From: Eledone cirrhosa
Lineage: Eukaryota
Direction: 5' to 3'
NCBI GenBank assembly: GCA_964016885.1
Contig: OZ024740.1
Span: 369,768,001 to 369,832,000 of the forward strand
DNA: 64,000 bases
Below, piece after piece: positions 47,620 through 61,882 of this stretch. Position numbers and translations under genes: made by a program. The notes beneath the pieces are model-generated. The model ran no database searches, was not told the origin of the DNA, and worked only from the letters and a program-made list of their open reading frames with translations. Every line of letters starts with the position of its first letter. The first letter of the stretch is position 1.

Positions 47620-48069
47620 CTGGTCTGATGGTAGCTAAGATGCTTCCATCGGCGGTATGCCGGTTGAGCACTCTATGTTCTTACAGAGCAGAGTATGATA
47701 CAATATAGAACGAAAAATCAGTGATGCATCTGAATTCGATTTATTGTGTTACAATTGTTTCGCCGGCAGACAGCTCGAGACACGATCATTGTGTGGATAT
47801 GTCTGATTCTGGATCTGCAGGTTTGTCGGACACTTCTAATAATTTCGGATCAAATTTTCTCACTGGGGTGTTAACGAAGAGGATGTTTTTTTACGCTAAC
47901 ACCCCAGTGAGAAAATTTGTTCCGAAATTATTAGAAGTGCCCGACGAACCTGCAGATCCAGAAACAGACAGATCCACACAATGATCGTGTCTCGAGCTGT
48001 CTGCCTGCGAAACAATTGTAACACACAGTAAATTGAGTCCAGATGCATCACTGATTTTTCGTTTTATAT

Positions 48070-48072
<3 letters not shown>
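47620..48072. mobile_element. Foldback element with ~170-bp arms, related to 47008-47590
   Basis: 47702-47872 mirrors 47894-48070. Each arm has CCGAC(G/A)A...GAAA-CAATTG-TA-ACAC. Confidence 0.8.
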
Positions 48073-48101
<29 letters not shown>

Positions 48102-48250
48102 TTTTGAGTTTATGTTGGTTGTAAACTGGAGTCATATGACTCCAGTTCCCCAGTGAATTAACAACCCAACAAGGAACTGGGCATATCAGAGTATTGACAA
48201 TATCATACACCTAAATAACATATGTACTTGTCTATACCATACTAATTCAA

Positions 48251-48305
48251 ACTGCCTGAAGAGGTCACAGCCAAAGATGGTTGTCACTGAAATATATATA
48301 GCAGT
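48251..48305 (+). ncRNA. Minimal type I hammerhead ribozyme
   Basis: ACTGC-CTGAAGA-GGTCACAGCC-AAAGAT-GGTTGTCACT-GAAA-TATATA-TA-GCAGT, immediately followed by AATAAA. Confidence 0.8.
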
Positions 48306-49739
48306 AATAAACGAAGCTAAATTTTAATCATTTGACTTTTATTTAACTTTATTTTATATATATATATATATGCACTCTCTCTCTAAACAAATGACGATAC
48401 TTTTCTCTTTCAATCGATGAGTCTCCTTGAGTATGTTGTTAGAGACATATGTATATGTAGAATGTTCGGCCACTTCTACGCTGATTAAAGTAACTAGTTG
48501 TTCTGTTGATAACACTATTGAAAAGCACATCGACTGAACTGATGAGGTCCAGCAACACATATTTGTAACCACATCCTATGAAAATAACCGATAATTAATA
48601 TCCATTACATATGAATTGAGATAGCGTTTCCAGCTTATGATATAGATTATTATCACTAAAGCGTCAGACACCATGCTTTGCTGCATAGAGTCATGGCACT
48701 TTACGGTCTGAGTTCAAATGCCGCAGTGGTTAGCTTTGCCTTTCATCCTTACGGGGTCGATAAAATAATGTACCAGTAACGTACTGGGTCGATCTAATCC
48801 ACTTTCACCTCCCGACCAAATTAGTGGCCTTGTGCCTATACTAGAAATCATTATAATATAGACTATTATCGCTAGAGCGTCGGACAACATGTTTTACCAC
48901 ATAGGATAACGGCACTTTACAGTCTGAGTTCAAATCCCGCAGAGGTTAGCATTGCAACCCATCCTTAAGCGCTTGATAAAATAAAGTACCAGTAATGCAC
49001 TAGGGTTGATTTAATAGACATTCCCCTCCCCACAAAAAAAAATTTCTGGTCTAGTGCCTAAATCAGAAACCATTAATATTAGTATTATTTGTCCCTGGAC
49101 GAGACGCTATGGCTCCGTAAGTTATGTTTGTGAACATCCATTTATATTGTTTTTTTATCATTTTTTTTTTCCTTACAAATTTGTTACTATGAGGGCATAA
49201 GGCTTCATCCCCCCCCCCCCCATAGGTTTCGGTTTTGGCCCCAAATATATGAACTTTAAATTAAATGTGTGCCATAATATCTTTTGTAAAAACAAATGGA
49301 GGTTATACCAACTTCCAATTCATGCCAAGGCGGGAAAATTCTCGAAAAAAGCGTGCGTCGCGGAGTGATTCGGAAAGCACTCTGAAGAGAAACAACAGCT
49401 ATGTCAACACCACTATTATAAACACCACCATCAACGTCACAGCCACCAGCAAAACAGCAGTAGCGGCAATGAAAAGAAGAACGATGGAAGCAACAGCAAA
49501 AACAACTCCAACTATAACAACACTGAAACCAACAACGCGAATAACGACAATGCTTCCAGCAGCAACAACAACGTAAACAACAAGATTACATTTGCAGCTG
49601 TCGCTGAAAAAGCTCAAGCCTATTGTAATATTGATTTTACTGAAAAGAAAGAACGTTTGGCCTAAGAGGAAAAATATCATTACCCGAGAAAAAATCTGGG
49701 CCAACTTAAACGTCCCCGAGGAGAATTTAAAAATATAGA

Positions 49740-50420
49740 TGTATTTCGGTGCAATCTCACAAAGCCGAGATAGCCTCTCAAGGACAAGTTTGAGCAATAA
49801 TGGTATAGTCCACATAGAAAGGGTCAAACAATTCGCGAGAATCTACGTGCTCTTCGAAACTGATGCCCTTGTTATCATGCATTCGGTGATCCCCTGCAAG
49901 ACGGACCAGAGAGTCATATACTCGTCCTACATGGTCAAGAGGACAGTAAAGATCCGTATCCCCAGGATTCCGCCGGGACTGGACCCATAGTGGCTCCTGG
50001 AATGCGTTGCGGCAGATGACCCTGACACCCTCTTCAATGTGAAATTTGCAAAGAGAGTGAGAGGTAGTCCGGTACTGATTTGCAGATTATTATCCAAATC
50101 AGACCCGAAGAGATAATATATATATATATATCTGACCACATCAAGCTGCCAGACGTGTACGAAACACGGGTACGACGAATGGTAAATGATAGCACTGTTT
50201 CGTTCGTGGCGAAGCCACACACCTGCTAAAACTGCAGGTGATGGGCAAGTATCTTGGAAGAAGTAACGAGCAGGGTGGCCACTGTCACCTAGAAGTGTGC
50301 CGAGAGGAATCTATCGTTGAAATTTCGGGAGAGGTGGTGAACGAGTACATGGGGTCCGTCATCTACTACCGACAGACCGACATGCCATGCCCCCCGTTTT
50401 CGCCTCGCCAAATTGGAACG
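49740..50420 (+). mobile_element. Possible decayed L1/Tx1 ORF1 fragment
   Basis: TVKIRIPRIPPGLDP and a broken cysteine motif near 50220; more GC-rich than its flanks. Weak. Confidence 0.3.
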
Positions 50421-51717
50421 TTTGCTCTTCAACCTCATTCATGATATATAAGGTTAGAGAGTGGCATGGAATATGTAACCTGTTGGTTGGGTGAATATAT
50501 TCGCTGATTTGCGAGCCTCCTGTGATAACAGCCCAGCGAATGTGGCCCTTGGAGTGAAACGCTGTCCACACTAACCTGGCTGCGGCTTAGAATGTTTGGT
50601 TTTTAACTAGATAAATAATCAATTTCCCTCCAAGAATATACTCGGTCGTTTACAGCCCAGTTAATTTGGACCTCACTTTAATACAATGGATTAGAAAACA
50701 GACTGGGACTGACCACAAAATATAAACATCTATATTCACGAAATATTTTTAAAACATCGGAATTCATCGAATTTAAATACCACAATACTCCCATTATAAT
50801 CCATTTGCAGTATCGGTAGAGGGTCGGACGCCATGCTTTGACGCATAGAGCTACGGCCCTTTCCATTCTGAGTTCAAATCCCGCCGAGGTTAGCTTTGCC
50901 TTTCATCCTTACGGGGTCGATAAAATAAAGTACCAGTAATGTACTGTGTAATTGCTGGCCTTGTGCCAAAACTAGAAACAATTATAATTAGCATTCAGTG
51001 TGTACGGACACACATGGATGTCAAAACGAACACCACGCATATTTTCTTCACGCAACATGGATTGACAGTAACGTTAGGCGGTCGGACGCATTGCTTTGAC
51101 GCATAGAATTACGGCCCTTGCCATTCTGAGTTCAAATCCCGCCGAGGTTAACTTTGCCTTTTATCCTTACGGGGTCGATAAAATAAAGTACCAGTAATGC
51201 ACTGAGTAATTGCTGGCTTTGTGCCAATAGTAGAAACAATTATTAATGTATTAATTTACTAATATTCTGTTTATCCCTCTCCTATTTCTGACGGGACGAT
51301 ATACTCATATTTTTATACATAGGCACCCCTTTAAGTGCAGTCACCGCTAAGTGACCTATCCGATAGGCGGAAAATAAATTAGAATATTCTCTAACGCTCA
51401 TCCCACTTACTAATGAATTTAACAGCACGCGAGGGCCGCATGTGGACGAGTAAGCACGCCTTCTACAGGCGGTTTTCAAGTCAAATTATCATTTTCGTTT
51501 TTATTTTATTTTTCACTTTTCCTCTACGATATATATGGGTTCAACGTAAGTAACGTTTTTGTAATTCTGTCGAAGATTCCTGATGAGTCCTGTCTTGCAT
51601 CATAATTGGATGGCGGAGATGAACCATTGAAATATGTTTAGTTATTTCACAGAATTAAAAGTTACAACATATCTTCCAGTACAGCCTTCTTTTGTCGTTT
51701 TAAATACACACACATAG

Positions 51718-51923
<206 letters not shown>

Positions 51924-52237
51924 TTGAGTATGTGTTGGATGTTTACCGAGACTTCAGTATGCATGGTAGAGCACTCAACGAAGTGCGCAGAGCATCTGTT
52001 TACTGCTGAGTAATTTAAAAACAAGAAGTGTAAGTCAACAGCTTAAAATTATGCTTCCAGTTCTTTGAGAACAACACTATACTTCGGAACAGGAAAATAA
52101 CGGAGGTAAACTTTGTTCCACATAATGTGTTTCTGTTTTTTTCTGTTCTAGCTCTCTGATAAGGTCATAGATCACCGAAATATATATTAGAAAGAATATG
52201 ATTAAACGAAGTTAATATTAGCATGTTGACACACTTA

Positions 52238-53297
52238 TCTATATATATAAAACTGTGGTTGTCTGTCTGTCTATCGATTTTTGGCACACATCTCCTCTTA
52301 GAATCTCTCACGGAATTGCACCGAAATTGCTATACTTGTACATTGAGCCCTAGCGAAGACATCGGAAAAAAAAATTTCAAATTGACCCACCCTATGTGAC
52401 GAAATCGAATATAATGTATCGATTTTTGAGCGTAAGTTATCAGTTATTTCCCTTTGTTCTGTTTACATTGAGCGTCTTACGTAAAAAATTACGCTGGCTT
52501 TAACAGTTGTCGAGCCAGCAAAATATTGACCTGCAAAATTCATCAGTTCGAACACTAAGCTTCCGTTTTGCTTCATTTCCATTTAAAAGCATTTTAAAAC
52601 AATATTTTTACTTGAAAACAAGTCTATTTAAAGACTACGTAAAACAAGCAAATATTTCGTCGTTAGGCGTGCAGACAGACAGTCGTGCAGACAGACAGTC
52701 GTGCAGAGAGGTGATATAGGCGTGCAGACAGACAGTCGTGCAGAGAGGTGATTTAGGCGTGCAGACAGACAGTCGTGCAGAGAGGTGATATAGGCGTGCA
52801 GACAGACAGTCGTGCAGAGAGGTGATATAGGCGTGCAGACAGACAGTCGTGCAGAGAGGTGATATAGGCGTGCAGACAGACAGTCGTGCAGAGAGGTGAT
52901 ATAGGCGTGCAGACAGACAGTCGTGCAGAGAGGTGATATAGGCGTGCAGACAGACAGTCGTGCAGAGAGGTGATATAGGCGTGCAGACAGACATAACTGA
53001 TAATTTGGTTACGCTAATGTTTTTCTCTGCGTTGCAGTGTTTACATTTTCGTTCTTTGTTAATAAATCACCAGTGCAGTTTCTATCCCCAGCATCCTCTT
53101 TTGTTATAACATTCGGGTTATCGTTATGTTTTCTTAACTTCATAAGGCATATTGTTGGTTGAGGGAATATTAATCAAAACACCACATGCAAATCTGCACA
53201 GTAGACACTACAGTTTTTAAGCCAAGAAAGAAACTTAACATTGTAACTTTAACACAGCTACTGAGCGACCCCGAGCAACGCCGGGCTTTACTGCTAG
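52238..53297 (+). mobile_element. Non-autonomous Helitron
   Basis: 5' TCTATATATATAAAA and 3' hairpin CCCCGAGCAACGCCGGG...CTAG, inserted between A and T. The 3' end matches the large Helitron. Confidence 0.88.
52664..52992 (+). repeat. 37-bp minisatellite inside the Helitron, about 8.5 units
   Basis: Unit TAGGCGTGCAGACAGACAGTCGTGCAGAGAGGTGATA. Confidence 0.95.
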
Positions 53298-53329
53298 TTG
53301 TTTATATATATATAAAAAAGGGGGGGGGG

Positions 53330-53505
53330 GTAAGATAAAATGTGAACCATAACGCACCAGAGTACTCAATACTTAGGGTAGTAGAGTGGGTAATAGGAAA
53401 AGAGTTAAGACACCGACGACTGAGCTCCGGCCGTTTCGACAGCCGGTTCGGATCTAGCTGTCGAAACGGCCAGAGCTCAGGCGTCGTGGTCTTGACTCTT
53501 TTCCT

Positions 53506-53508
<3 letters not shown>
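53330..53508 (-). mobile_element. Short foldback element, same family as 5250-5447 and 6352-6507
   Basis: Shared ACCATAACGCACCAGAGTACTCAATACTTAGGGTAGTAGAG tail plus a hairpin at about 53393-53508. Confidence 0.7.
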
Positions 53509-53571
<63 letters not shown>

Positions 53572-53629
53572 CGTTTCCGAATTTGTTTAGGAAGATTCTT
53601 TATCTGAAAACGTGTGTTGAAACCGATAC

Positions 53630-53919
53630 TGTTATACTTTGGGAGGGTCATGTTGCCAATGAGAAACACACGGACCAGTTGCTTTCACTTCAATTTATTA
53701 TAAATTTCCGGTTGGAGAACAAAGGAGAGGCACAAAACAAAGAAAAGAATCCCCAGTGACTGAAGAGGTCACAGAATGTGTCACACAAGAACTTTTATAA
53801 TATATGAACAACCACCCGGATGTGGAACTAACCAACTAACCGGAAATTTATAATAAATTGAAGTGAAAATTACTGGTGCGTGTATTTCTTATTGGCAACA
53901 TGACCCTCCCAAAGTATAA

Positions 53920-53921
<2 letters not shown>
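53630..53921. repeat. Foldback with ~85-bp arms in (TA)n
   Basis: TGTTATACTTTGGGAGGGTCATGTTGCCAAT... mirrors ...ATTGGCAACATGACCCTCCCAAAGTATAACA. Confidence 0.85.
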
Positions 53922-53996
<75 letters not shown>

Positions 53997-54136
53997 GAAC
54001 AGATTAATTAGAGTTTAAGCATAGAATCGCTGCTTTCACCCTTAAGGGGATTTTTGTGTATGTGTGTGTGTCGGGTCCAATCGGGGGTAACTGATTGATG
54101 ATTTCTTCTAGTCCTGTAGAAGTCATTTCTATATTA

Positions 54137-54243
<107 letters not shown>

Positions 54244-55242
54244 TGTAAGTGTGTGTGTATGTATGTATACATGTATATATGTATGTGTGCATGCATGTAT
54301 ATATGTATATGTGTGCCTGTATGTACGTTTGTATAACTGAGCCCATGTTTGTGCTCGTATATATATCGTAATGATTAATAGTTTAGAGTAGCAGACTGCG
54401 TAGCATACTAATCTACAACTCATTAGCTATTATGTCCTATTCCAAGTTACTGATACTCGTATGTTTGAGTCTAAGAATGTGTTATACTAGAGAGAAACAT
54501 TACAATAATGCGGCTCTTTAATCATTTTCTAAATACGTTTTAAATTAGACATAACGTTTATTGATTTTTCCAGGTGGTTAACCTTCATGACATTCTACAA
54601 CGTTAATATTTGGTGTTTGCGTGTTTCGTATTTTGTAAATGACGACATCTAAACATTTCCTATTGTTTCTCTTTTCAAGAACAATGTCTTACTACTTTTA
54701 CTTATCTCTATTTATACCCTAATACATTTACTAATTTAAAAGTTATTTTTAATTGAAATACAAGAAAAACTTTATCTATCCTAGAAAAGGATGGGTGTGC
54801 TCAATGTTTAATGAAGTGGAATATTTGGAAACCAGTATTGCTTTGCTAACCATTAATGGTCTGCTTCAATTCATCAGAGAATTTTTGAGCACCCGCGAAA
54901 TCGAGAGGCTGAACCTATATCATTTCGCCAATGCAATAATTTTATTTCTATACATTCTCTCCCAAGTACGTTGGAAAGGAAGCGAGTATACCAATATAAA
55001 AGAAATGAATCAATAATGGTTTTTGATGTGTAATGGGTTATTCATAGCCACTGTGTTGTTAGTTTGGACATTCAGGCCAAAAGTATTAACATTTAATGAA
55101 CAACGTTTCGATAAACTCCAATAAATTAATCCATAGCTCAAGAAATACTAGGAATATTTATGAAGCTTTTCATCTAAGCGTGAACCTAATGACATTAATT
55201 CTTTTGTATCTCTGTTTCCAGTTTTTTAATATATATATATAT

Positions 55243-55280
<38 letters not shown>

Positions 55281-55608
55281 ACATACATATGTATGTATAT
55301 ATATATATAATTATATGCATATTGCTTATATGCATATATATGTATATATACGTATGTACATATATATTTGCATATATATATATATGTGCGTGTGTATATG
55401 GGTGTGTGTGGTTATGCATGTATGTTTATGTGTATCTATATACATATAACCTATAAATAACTCCACAGAGACTGGAAAGTATTATTTAAAATGTATTGCG
55501 ATATTGATTGCTTCAGATCAACTCTTCATGTGTCAGACAAAAGGAAATATGTTACGTGGATTTTACATATGCACAGATGCTGCAACGAAATTAAGCTGGC
55601 AACTTAAC

Positions 55609-55672
<64 letters not shown>

Positions 55673-56149
55673 CAATATGAGGAAACCTCCTATTGATATT
55701 TTGTGTAGGAAAAGAACTACAAAAAGAATAATGAAACATAAAAATTACTTGCTAAGAAACGCAAGATGAAATAATCATGATATCTAGTGTTGGTTCTCCA
55801 GATGCATATATGCCTGAATTTTTATAAATCTGGTTACATTTAACAAGTAAATTGTGGCAACTCAACTCACATTGTAAAGGTTAAAAGAGAGATTTAGCTG
55901 AATGATTCATTATATAAATGCCTTATTTAATTTTGTTTCCTTACTCCATTAGCCAACTGTATTTATATATTTCTTTCAAAGGATATTAAGCAGATTATAA
56001 GACAGAATCGGTAATATAAACGGCAAGGGATATATCACTCGAGGCTTTTAATTGCTAATGTACGACATGCACGTCATACACTGCACGCGCATACACACAC
56101 AGACAGCTCCTCTCTTCATATATATATATATTTTTTTTATTATTTATTT

Positions 56150-56190
<41 letters not shown>

Positions 56191-56350
56191 TTCCCCCACA
56201 CGCTCACACATTTCGTTGTCAGCACGTGCCCTTTTTGACTTTATTTTGTTTTTGAATTTTATTTTTATTTTCTTATATATATATATATTATTGAGGGTAT
56301 ATATTATTATTGATGTTATTGATGTTATTGTTATTATTATTGATGACATT

Positions 56351-56417
<67 letters not shown>

Positions 56418-57283
56418 TATATTGTATGCATGTATGTATGTGTCTATGTATGCATGTATGTATGTGTCTATGTCAAAGGGCAACGGAACTCTTAAGAGTC
56501 AATGGCCATCCAAGGTCACGGGGAGAGATGACACCTTAGCCCTTGTCAAGGTAGAATTCTAGGAGAAGGAAAACTCTGATATAACACCTGCAACTCTGAT
56601 GGTATCCAATGATGTTGACTTGTTCTTCTTTTTGGTAAATATCATCTTGGTTAAGGGACTGGCTTTGTGCAGTGCCTTTGCTCACTATAAAAGATTCACG
56701 CCACAGGCATTGCTTTATATCTGGAGATCTCTCTGCACTTGTCGTCACATGGTACCATGGGCCCAGCACTATGTGTCAATAATTGTCACAAGTGTAGTGT
56801 TTGTACCAGAGTTTTCAAGTTGCTGGCTGGACTAAAAAGTCACACTCGTTCAGCGCATCGGTAGGGGTTCTCCTACATGGATATAAAGTAGTGGCCGTAC
56901 TCGAAATCGAGTTGGCAGCCACCATATATATATAGTATTTTTGTTCTTATTTATTTGTTTATTTAGTTATTCCTGTTTCTAAACTACTTGCCATTGACTC
57001 GCACATATTTATACTTGCTTGTGCATGTGTATATATATATATATTTAAAGAATGAAGATTAACATGGTTGGCTGTATAATAAGGGCTTTATTTAAAGTGT
57101 TGACAATTGTTTCATTGATCATGTGGGTCTAGAGTTCGCTAATAGCTTGATGTTGTGTTATTCGATCTCCAATACATTATTTACCTCTGGTCAACACATC
57201 AGAGTACGTAGATGTGAAAATAATTCACTCGAGGCAAGACATATAGAAAGAAATAGCGTATAATTAAAACAATAATATCTTTA

Positions 57284-57805
57284 AACAATTAAGTTAAAAA
57301 TGTACATCTACATATGCATACTGAAATACTAGTGTGTATATGAATACACACACGTATACATTTGTAGGTGTAACAAGTCTTTCACTGGTTGCTTTACTGT
57401 GAGCAACTCAGCTATTCTGTATGTAAACACACAGACAAACCGGTTTTTAGAGTCATACTGGTTTTCGGGGGAACACCTTCCCTCTATTCTCCAGAAAGCC
57501 AGACAAGGAATATTGCACTAGTTTCGTTGTTGTTACAACTCATCAGCAATATTTACCTATCTACCGGCTCTTCTGGAGAATCGTAAAAGCACATATCGTT
57601 ATATGCTTTTTCTATGAAAATTAGTAGTGGGCAGACTAATTTGCATAGAGTGTGAGTACGCACCGGTTCAGCGGAGACGATAAAAACAAATAACGAAACG
57701 AAATTAAATTTCGTTTCGTTTGTAACTCACTTTTGTATGACTGACGCTTAAACAATTAAGTTAAAAATGTACATCTACATATGCATACTGAAATACTATA
57801 TATAT
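57284..57805 (-). mobile_element. 1.1-mer of a 467-bp hammerhead monomer, diverged relative of the 466-bp array
   Basis: 51-bp terminal direct repeat at 57281-57331 and 57748-57798; 9-bp TSD ATATCTTTA at 57275-57283 and 57806-57814; shared motifs in the same order as the array unit. Confidence 0.85.
57509..57553 (-). ncRNA. Minimal type I hammerhead, probably inactivated (GUG triplet)
   Basis: AATATTG-CTGATGA-GTTGT-AACA-ACAAC-GAAA-CTAG-TG-CAATATT. Confidence 0.8.
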
Positions 57806-57808
57806 ATA

Positions 57809-60800
57809 TCTTTATATATATAAAAGCGATGATGTGTGTGTGTCTGTCTACAACTTTGCATGCATAAGGCTTTCACAATTACCAACTGAATTTGACCAAA
57901 TTTTCTGTGCCCGTTCCACACGTCGCTAAGATTGTCACATCACAAACATTTTTCAAATGGACCCATGTTGAGCAATAAAAAATCGACATCAAAATTATAG
58001 GTAGAAAAATTGATGTAAGGGAGATAACAAATTTTATTTTGACAATCCTTATAAAAAAGGGAGTTAACCAACTTTTCAATATAAACATCACATTTATTTG
58101 AAGATAAATCACTACTATTATATTTTGTTTCTTGTTTATTCTTTATTGCACTTTCAAAGTTAAAAAAAAACACTTGTTGTTTTAACTTGTTTCACTATAT
58201 TAAGTGTTAATGTTCGCGTTGAGGGCATAATCTCGCAGCAGTATCGAATTGACGAGATTTTGATGATGGTTGGTTTATTTTTAGAACAATCGTTATGGGA
58301 GTTTCAATTCAAACCATTGGGACCTACAACATTTTCATTTTTAAAACTTTCATAATCAAAGCCATTTCGGTAAACCAGATTTGTTTATTACTTTCACTTC
58401 AAACCCAAAATGGGAAGAGATTCAGAAAATACTCTTTCCAGGTCAAAAAGCCACAGCCAGGCAGGATCTTATTGCCAGAGTTTTCCATCTTAAGTTAATT
58501 AAGCTCATGGAACTTATCAAAACAGATGGCCCAGTACAATTTGACATGCTTACAATTGAGTGGCAAAAACGAGGCTTGCCACATGTCCACGTTCTGATCT
58601 GGTTAAAGACAAAACTTAGATCAGATGAAATTGACAATGTCGTTTATGCTGAGTTTCCGGATCCTACAATCGACAGGGACCTTTACCAAAAAGTTAAAGC
58701 ACACATGGTGCATGGCCCATGTGGCCATGGATTTCACAACAACCTACCGTGTGTTAAGGACAAGTCTAGGTGCTCAAAGAAATTTCCGCCGACAGTTCCT
58801 TAAGGACACTCAGACTGGTCATGACGGATACCCACTATATCGCCGAAGAAGATCCGAACATGGTAGATTCACAGCAAGTGTTAGCAAACATGAGTTTGAC
58901 AACAGATGGGATATAATCCACTCCTTATAAAGATTGTTGATGCACACATAAACGTAGAATACTGTAATTCGATTAAATCTATAAAATACATTTGTCAGTA
59001 CATTAATAAAGGCTCTGATGCTGCTACATTTGATTACTTCGGGAAAAACAGCCGAGATTAAGTGGCCCAGTACCAAACTGGAAAATACATTAACTCTAAT
59101 GAAGCCTTCTGGCGGATTTTCAGATTTGTTATACATCAACGGCATCCTGCTGTTCAAAAACTTCAAGTGCACCTGGAGAACGGTCAGAGAGTATATTTTA
59201 CGAATGCATCAGCTGCTCAGTTAGCACAAGAACCAAAGGATACTACTCTTACCACTTTCTTTAAACTATGTCAAGAAGATCCATTTGCTAAAACCTTACT
59301 ATATCCACAAGCCCCATCTTACTAAACCTGGGACAAAAATGCATGGAAGCGAAGAAAAAAGGACAGTGTGTCGAAGGTTATCCAGGCATCAAGTTCAACG
59401 AGTGCTTGGGCAGAGTTTATACTGTGCCCCCAAACCAACACGAGTGCTTCCATTTTCGTATGCTACTGCAACGGTGGCGGATGTTGCTCTTTCACATTCA
59501 CCTGCCAGCCTAAGAAATGTATTTGCGGTTCTTTTGCACTCGTGCAACTTATCTGACCCTCTGTCCTTGTGGATGATATATAAGGATGAACTAACAGACG
59601 ACTACAGACACCAAGCACAATTGCTGCTTCCAGAAATAGAGGTCGGCTTTATTAATGAATTATACAACAGAGCTCTCATTGATATTGAGGACAAGTTAGC
59701 TCTGATTGGAGGAAAGGTTTTACGTGACTACTGTTTACCAGAAACTCATCGTACAGACTCAAACAAACTTCCCACAGATATCATACAGGAGATTTATTAT
59801 GACATCCATGGTCTCGGCCTCTACGTCACAAATAATGAGCCAAAACTTCTAGCTGATCAGCGACTGGCTTATACCACCATTACTGATTTGGTATTTCAAA
59901 GAGGAGGTGGCATATTTTTCCTCGATGCTCCAGGGGGGACAGGAAAAACTTTCGTTACTAAACTTCTTCTTGCAAAGGTTAGACAGAATAAGGACAGAGC
60001 AATAGCAGTTGTGTCCTCTGGAATCGCAGCAACTTTGCTCCCTGGTGGAAGGACGGCACATTCAGTTTTTAAATTGCCTCTTGATTTGGCAAAATTGGAA
60101 ACTCCTACTTGTCATATCACCAAAGACGCCGAAAGGGCTTATCTGCTGCGAAGGTGTCACCTTATTGTTTGGGATGAGTGCAGAATGGCGCACAAAGGTG
60201 CTCTTGAGGCACTAGACAGGTCTTTGCAAGACATACGGGATTGCAGTGGTGTTATGGGGGGTGTCACCCTTCTGCTATCAGGAGACTTCAGACATACTCT
60301 TCCTATAATACCGAAAGGAACAAGAACAGATGCGGTAAATGCATGTCTTACGTCTTGACCATTATGGCGACAAGTGACATCATTAAGAGTAACTACCAAC
60401 ATGCGTGCAAGGTTGCATGGGGACCCTCTGTCATCAACATTTTTTGGAGACATTCTTACAATAGGAGATGGTAACCTACCTCCGGATACAGATGGACACA
60501 GCAATTGATCACATCTGCAATGTAGTTGAAACTGTCGTTGATCTCAAGGCGAGTATATTCCCGAACTTGCGTGATAACTATACGAATCGTGATTGGCTAT
60601 GCGAAAGAGCCATTCTTGCACCCAAAAATATCACGGTTATCTGTATTAACGATCAGCTTCTTCAGCTTCTTCCTGGATGTCCACGGATATATAAATATAT
60701 TGATACTGTATGTGATTCACAGGATGCGGTCAATTATCCAGTTGAATTTCTAAATTCTTTAAATCCTCCTGGTTTACCTCCTAATACATTGGTTCTGAAA

Positions 60801-61882
60801 GAGGGAACATCAGTTAATTTGCTGAGAAATATCACTCTTCCAAATCTATGCAATGGTACACGCCTTGTGATTAAAAAAGTGTCTCCACTTAGTATTGATG
60901 CTACCTTTCTATCCGGGTGTGGAAAAGGCGAGGATGTGATAATAACAAAAATTAGCCTGACTACATCAGGCGTGGATACTCCCTTCTCCTTTCGCCGAAC
61001 CCAATTTCCCCATCGTGTTGCCTTTGCAATGTTCATAAACAAGTCGCAAGGTCAAACTCTGTCTGTCGCTGGAATTCACTTGGATGAACCTTGCTTTTCG
61101 CACGGACAATTCTACGTTGCCTGCTCACGAGTTGGCAGGCGAGATAATCTCTTTGCGTTTGTTCCAAAAGAAAAACAAAGAATATCATCTATCCTGAAGT
61201 ACTTTAGTGTTAACAAAAAAACTTATTACAGTTCTGCCTTGACTTCACCTTACTCATTACGAAACATACCAAGGAATATGTCATGCAGGATATTTTGGAT
61301 TATAAGTTTAAAATGTAACCATACACAGCAAAGGATGCTCTCAAAGAATATATTTTCTCTTATTCTACTCTCATTGTTTTTTTGTTTGTATACAACTCTG
61401 CTTTCATTACAACTTTTGTACTTTAGTAAAACTGCCTGTTCTTTTTACAGATTTGCAACGTGTATTGTCTTTAATCATTTTTATAACTACATCCTGTTCA
61501 GTGTTTTCCTTCATTATCAGCATAGTGGATTGGTAGTATCGGTAGAGGGTCGGACGCCATGCTTTGACGCAAAGAGTTACGGCCCTTCCCATTCTGAGTT
61601 CAAATCACGCCGAGGTTAACTTTGCCTTTCATCCTTACGGGGTCGATAAAATAAAGTACCAGTAATACACTGGGTAATTGCTGGCCTTGTGCCAAAAAGT
61701 AGAAACAATTATCAACATAGTTTTATGTGTACAAAGATTGCACTAAATATTCGTTTGCATTAATTATTGAAGACTTCTGCTTATTTTGACATGTTGGGAC
61801 ATATAATGTTCTTCTTTTACTTCCTAGCTGTATATTCTTAGCATAATTTCAAACCCCGAGCAACGCCGGGTAAATCTGCTAG
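57809..61882 (+). mobile_element. Helitron with decayed Rep/helicase
   Basis: 5' TCTTTATATATATAAAAG and 3' CCCCGAGCAACGCCGGG...CTAG followed by T. A SINE is nested at about 61527-61707 with an imperfect 14-bp TSD. Confidence 0.93.
58290..61210 (+). pseudogene. Helitron RepHel (HUH replication initiator + Pif1-family helicase), frameshifted
   Basis: FITFTSNPKW, EWQKRGLPHVH, MVHGPCG, DAPGGTGKT, IVWDEC, LLSGDF, NKSQGQTL and FSHGQFYVACSRV across several frames. Confidence 0.93.

Noticed and set aside
49265-49576. Thr/Ala-rich mucin-like ORF
   Set aside because: Derived from a decayed (AAC/AGC)n trinucleotide repeat.
51575-51650. CTGATGAG...GAAA hammerhead-like motif
   Set aside because: Stem I and the stem II closing pairs do not form convincingly.
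52664-52992. CRISPR-like repeat of 37 bp
   Set aside because: Units are directly adjacent with no unique spacers, there are no cas genes, and the context is a eukaryotic Helitron.
56151-56190. Long poly-C run and polyproline ORF (also poly-C at 43688-43710)
   Set aside because: Homopolymer expansion or sequencing artefact with no coding support.
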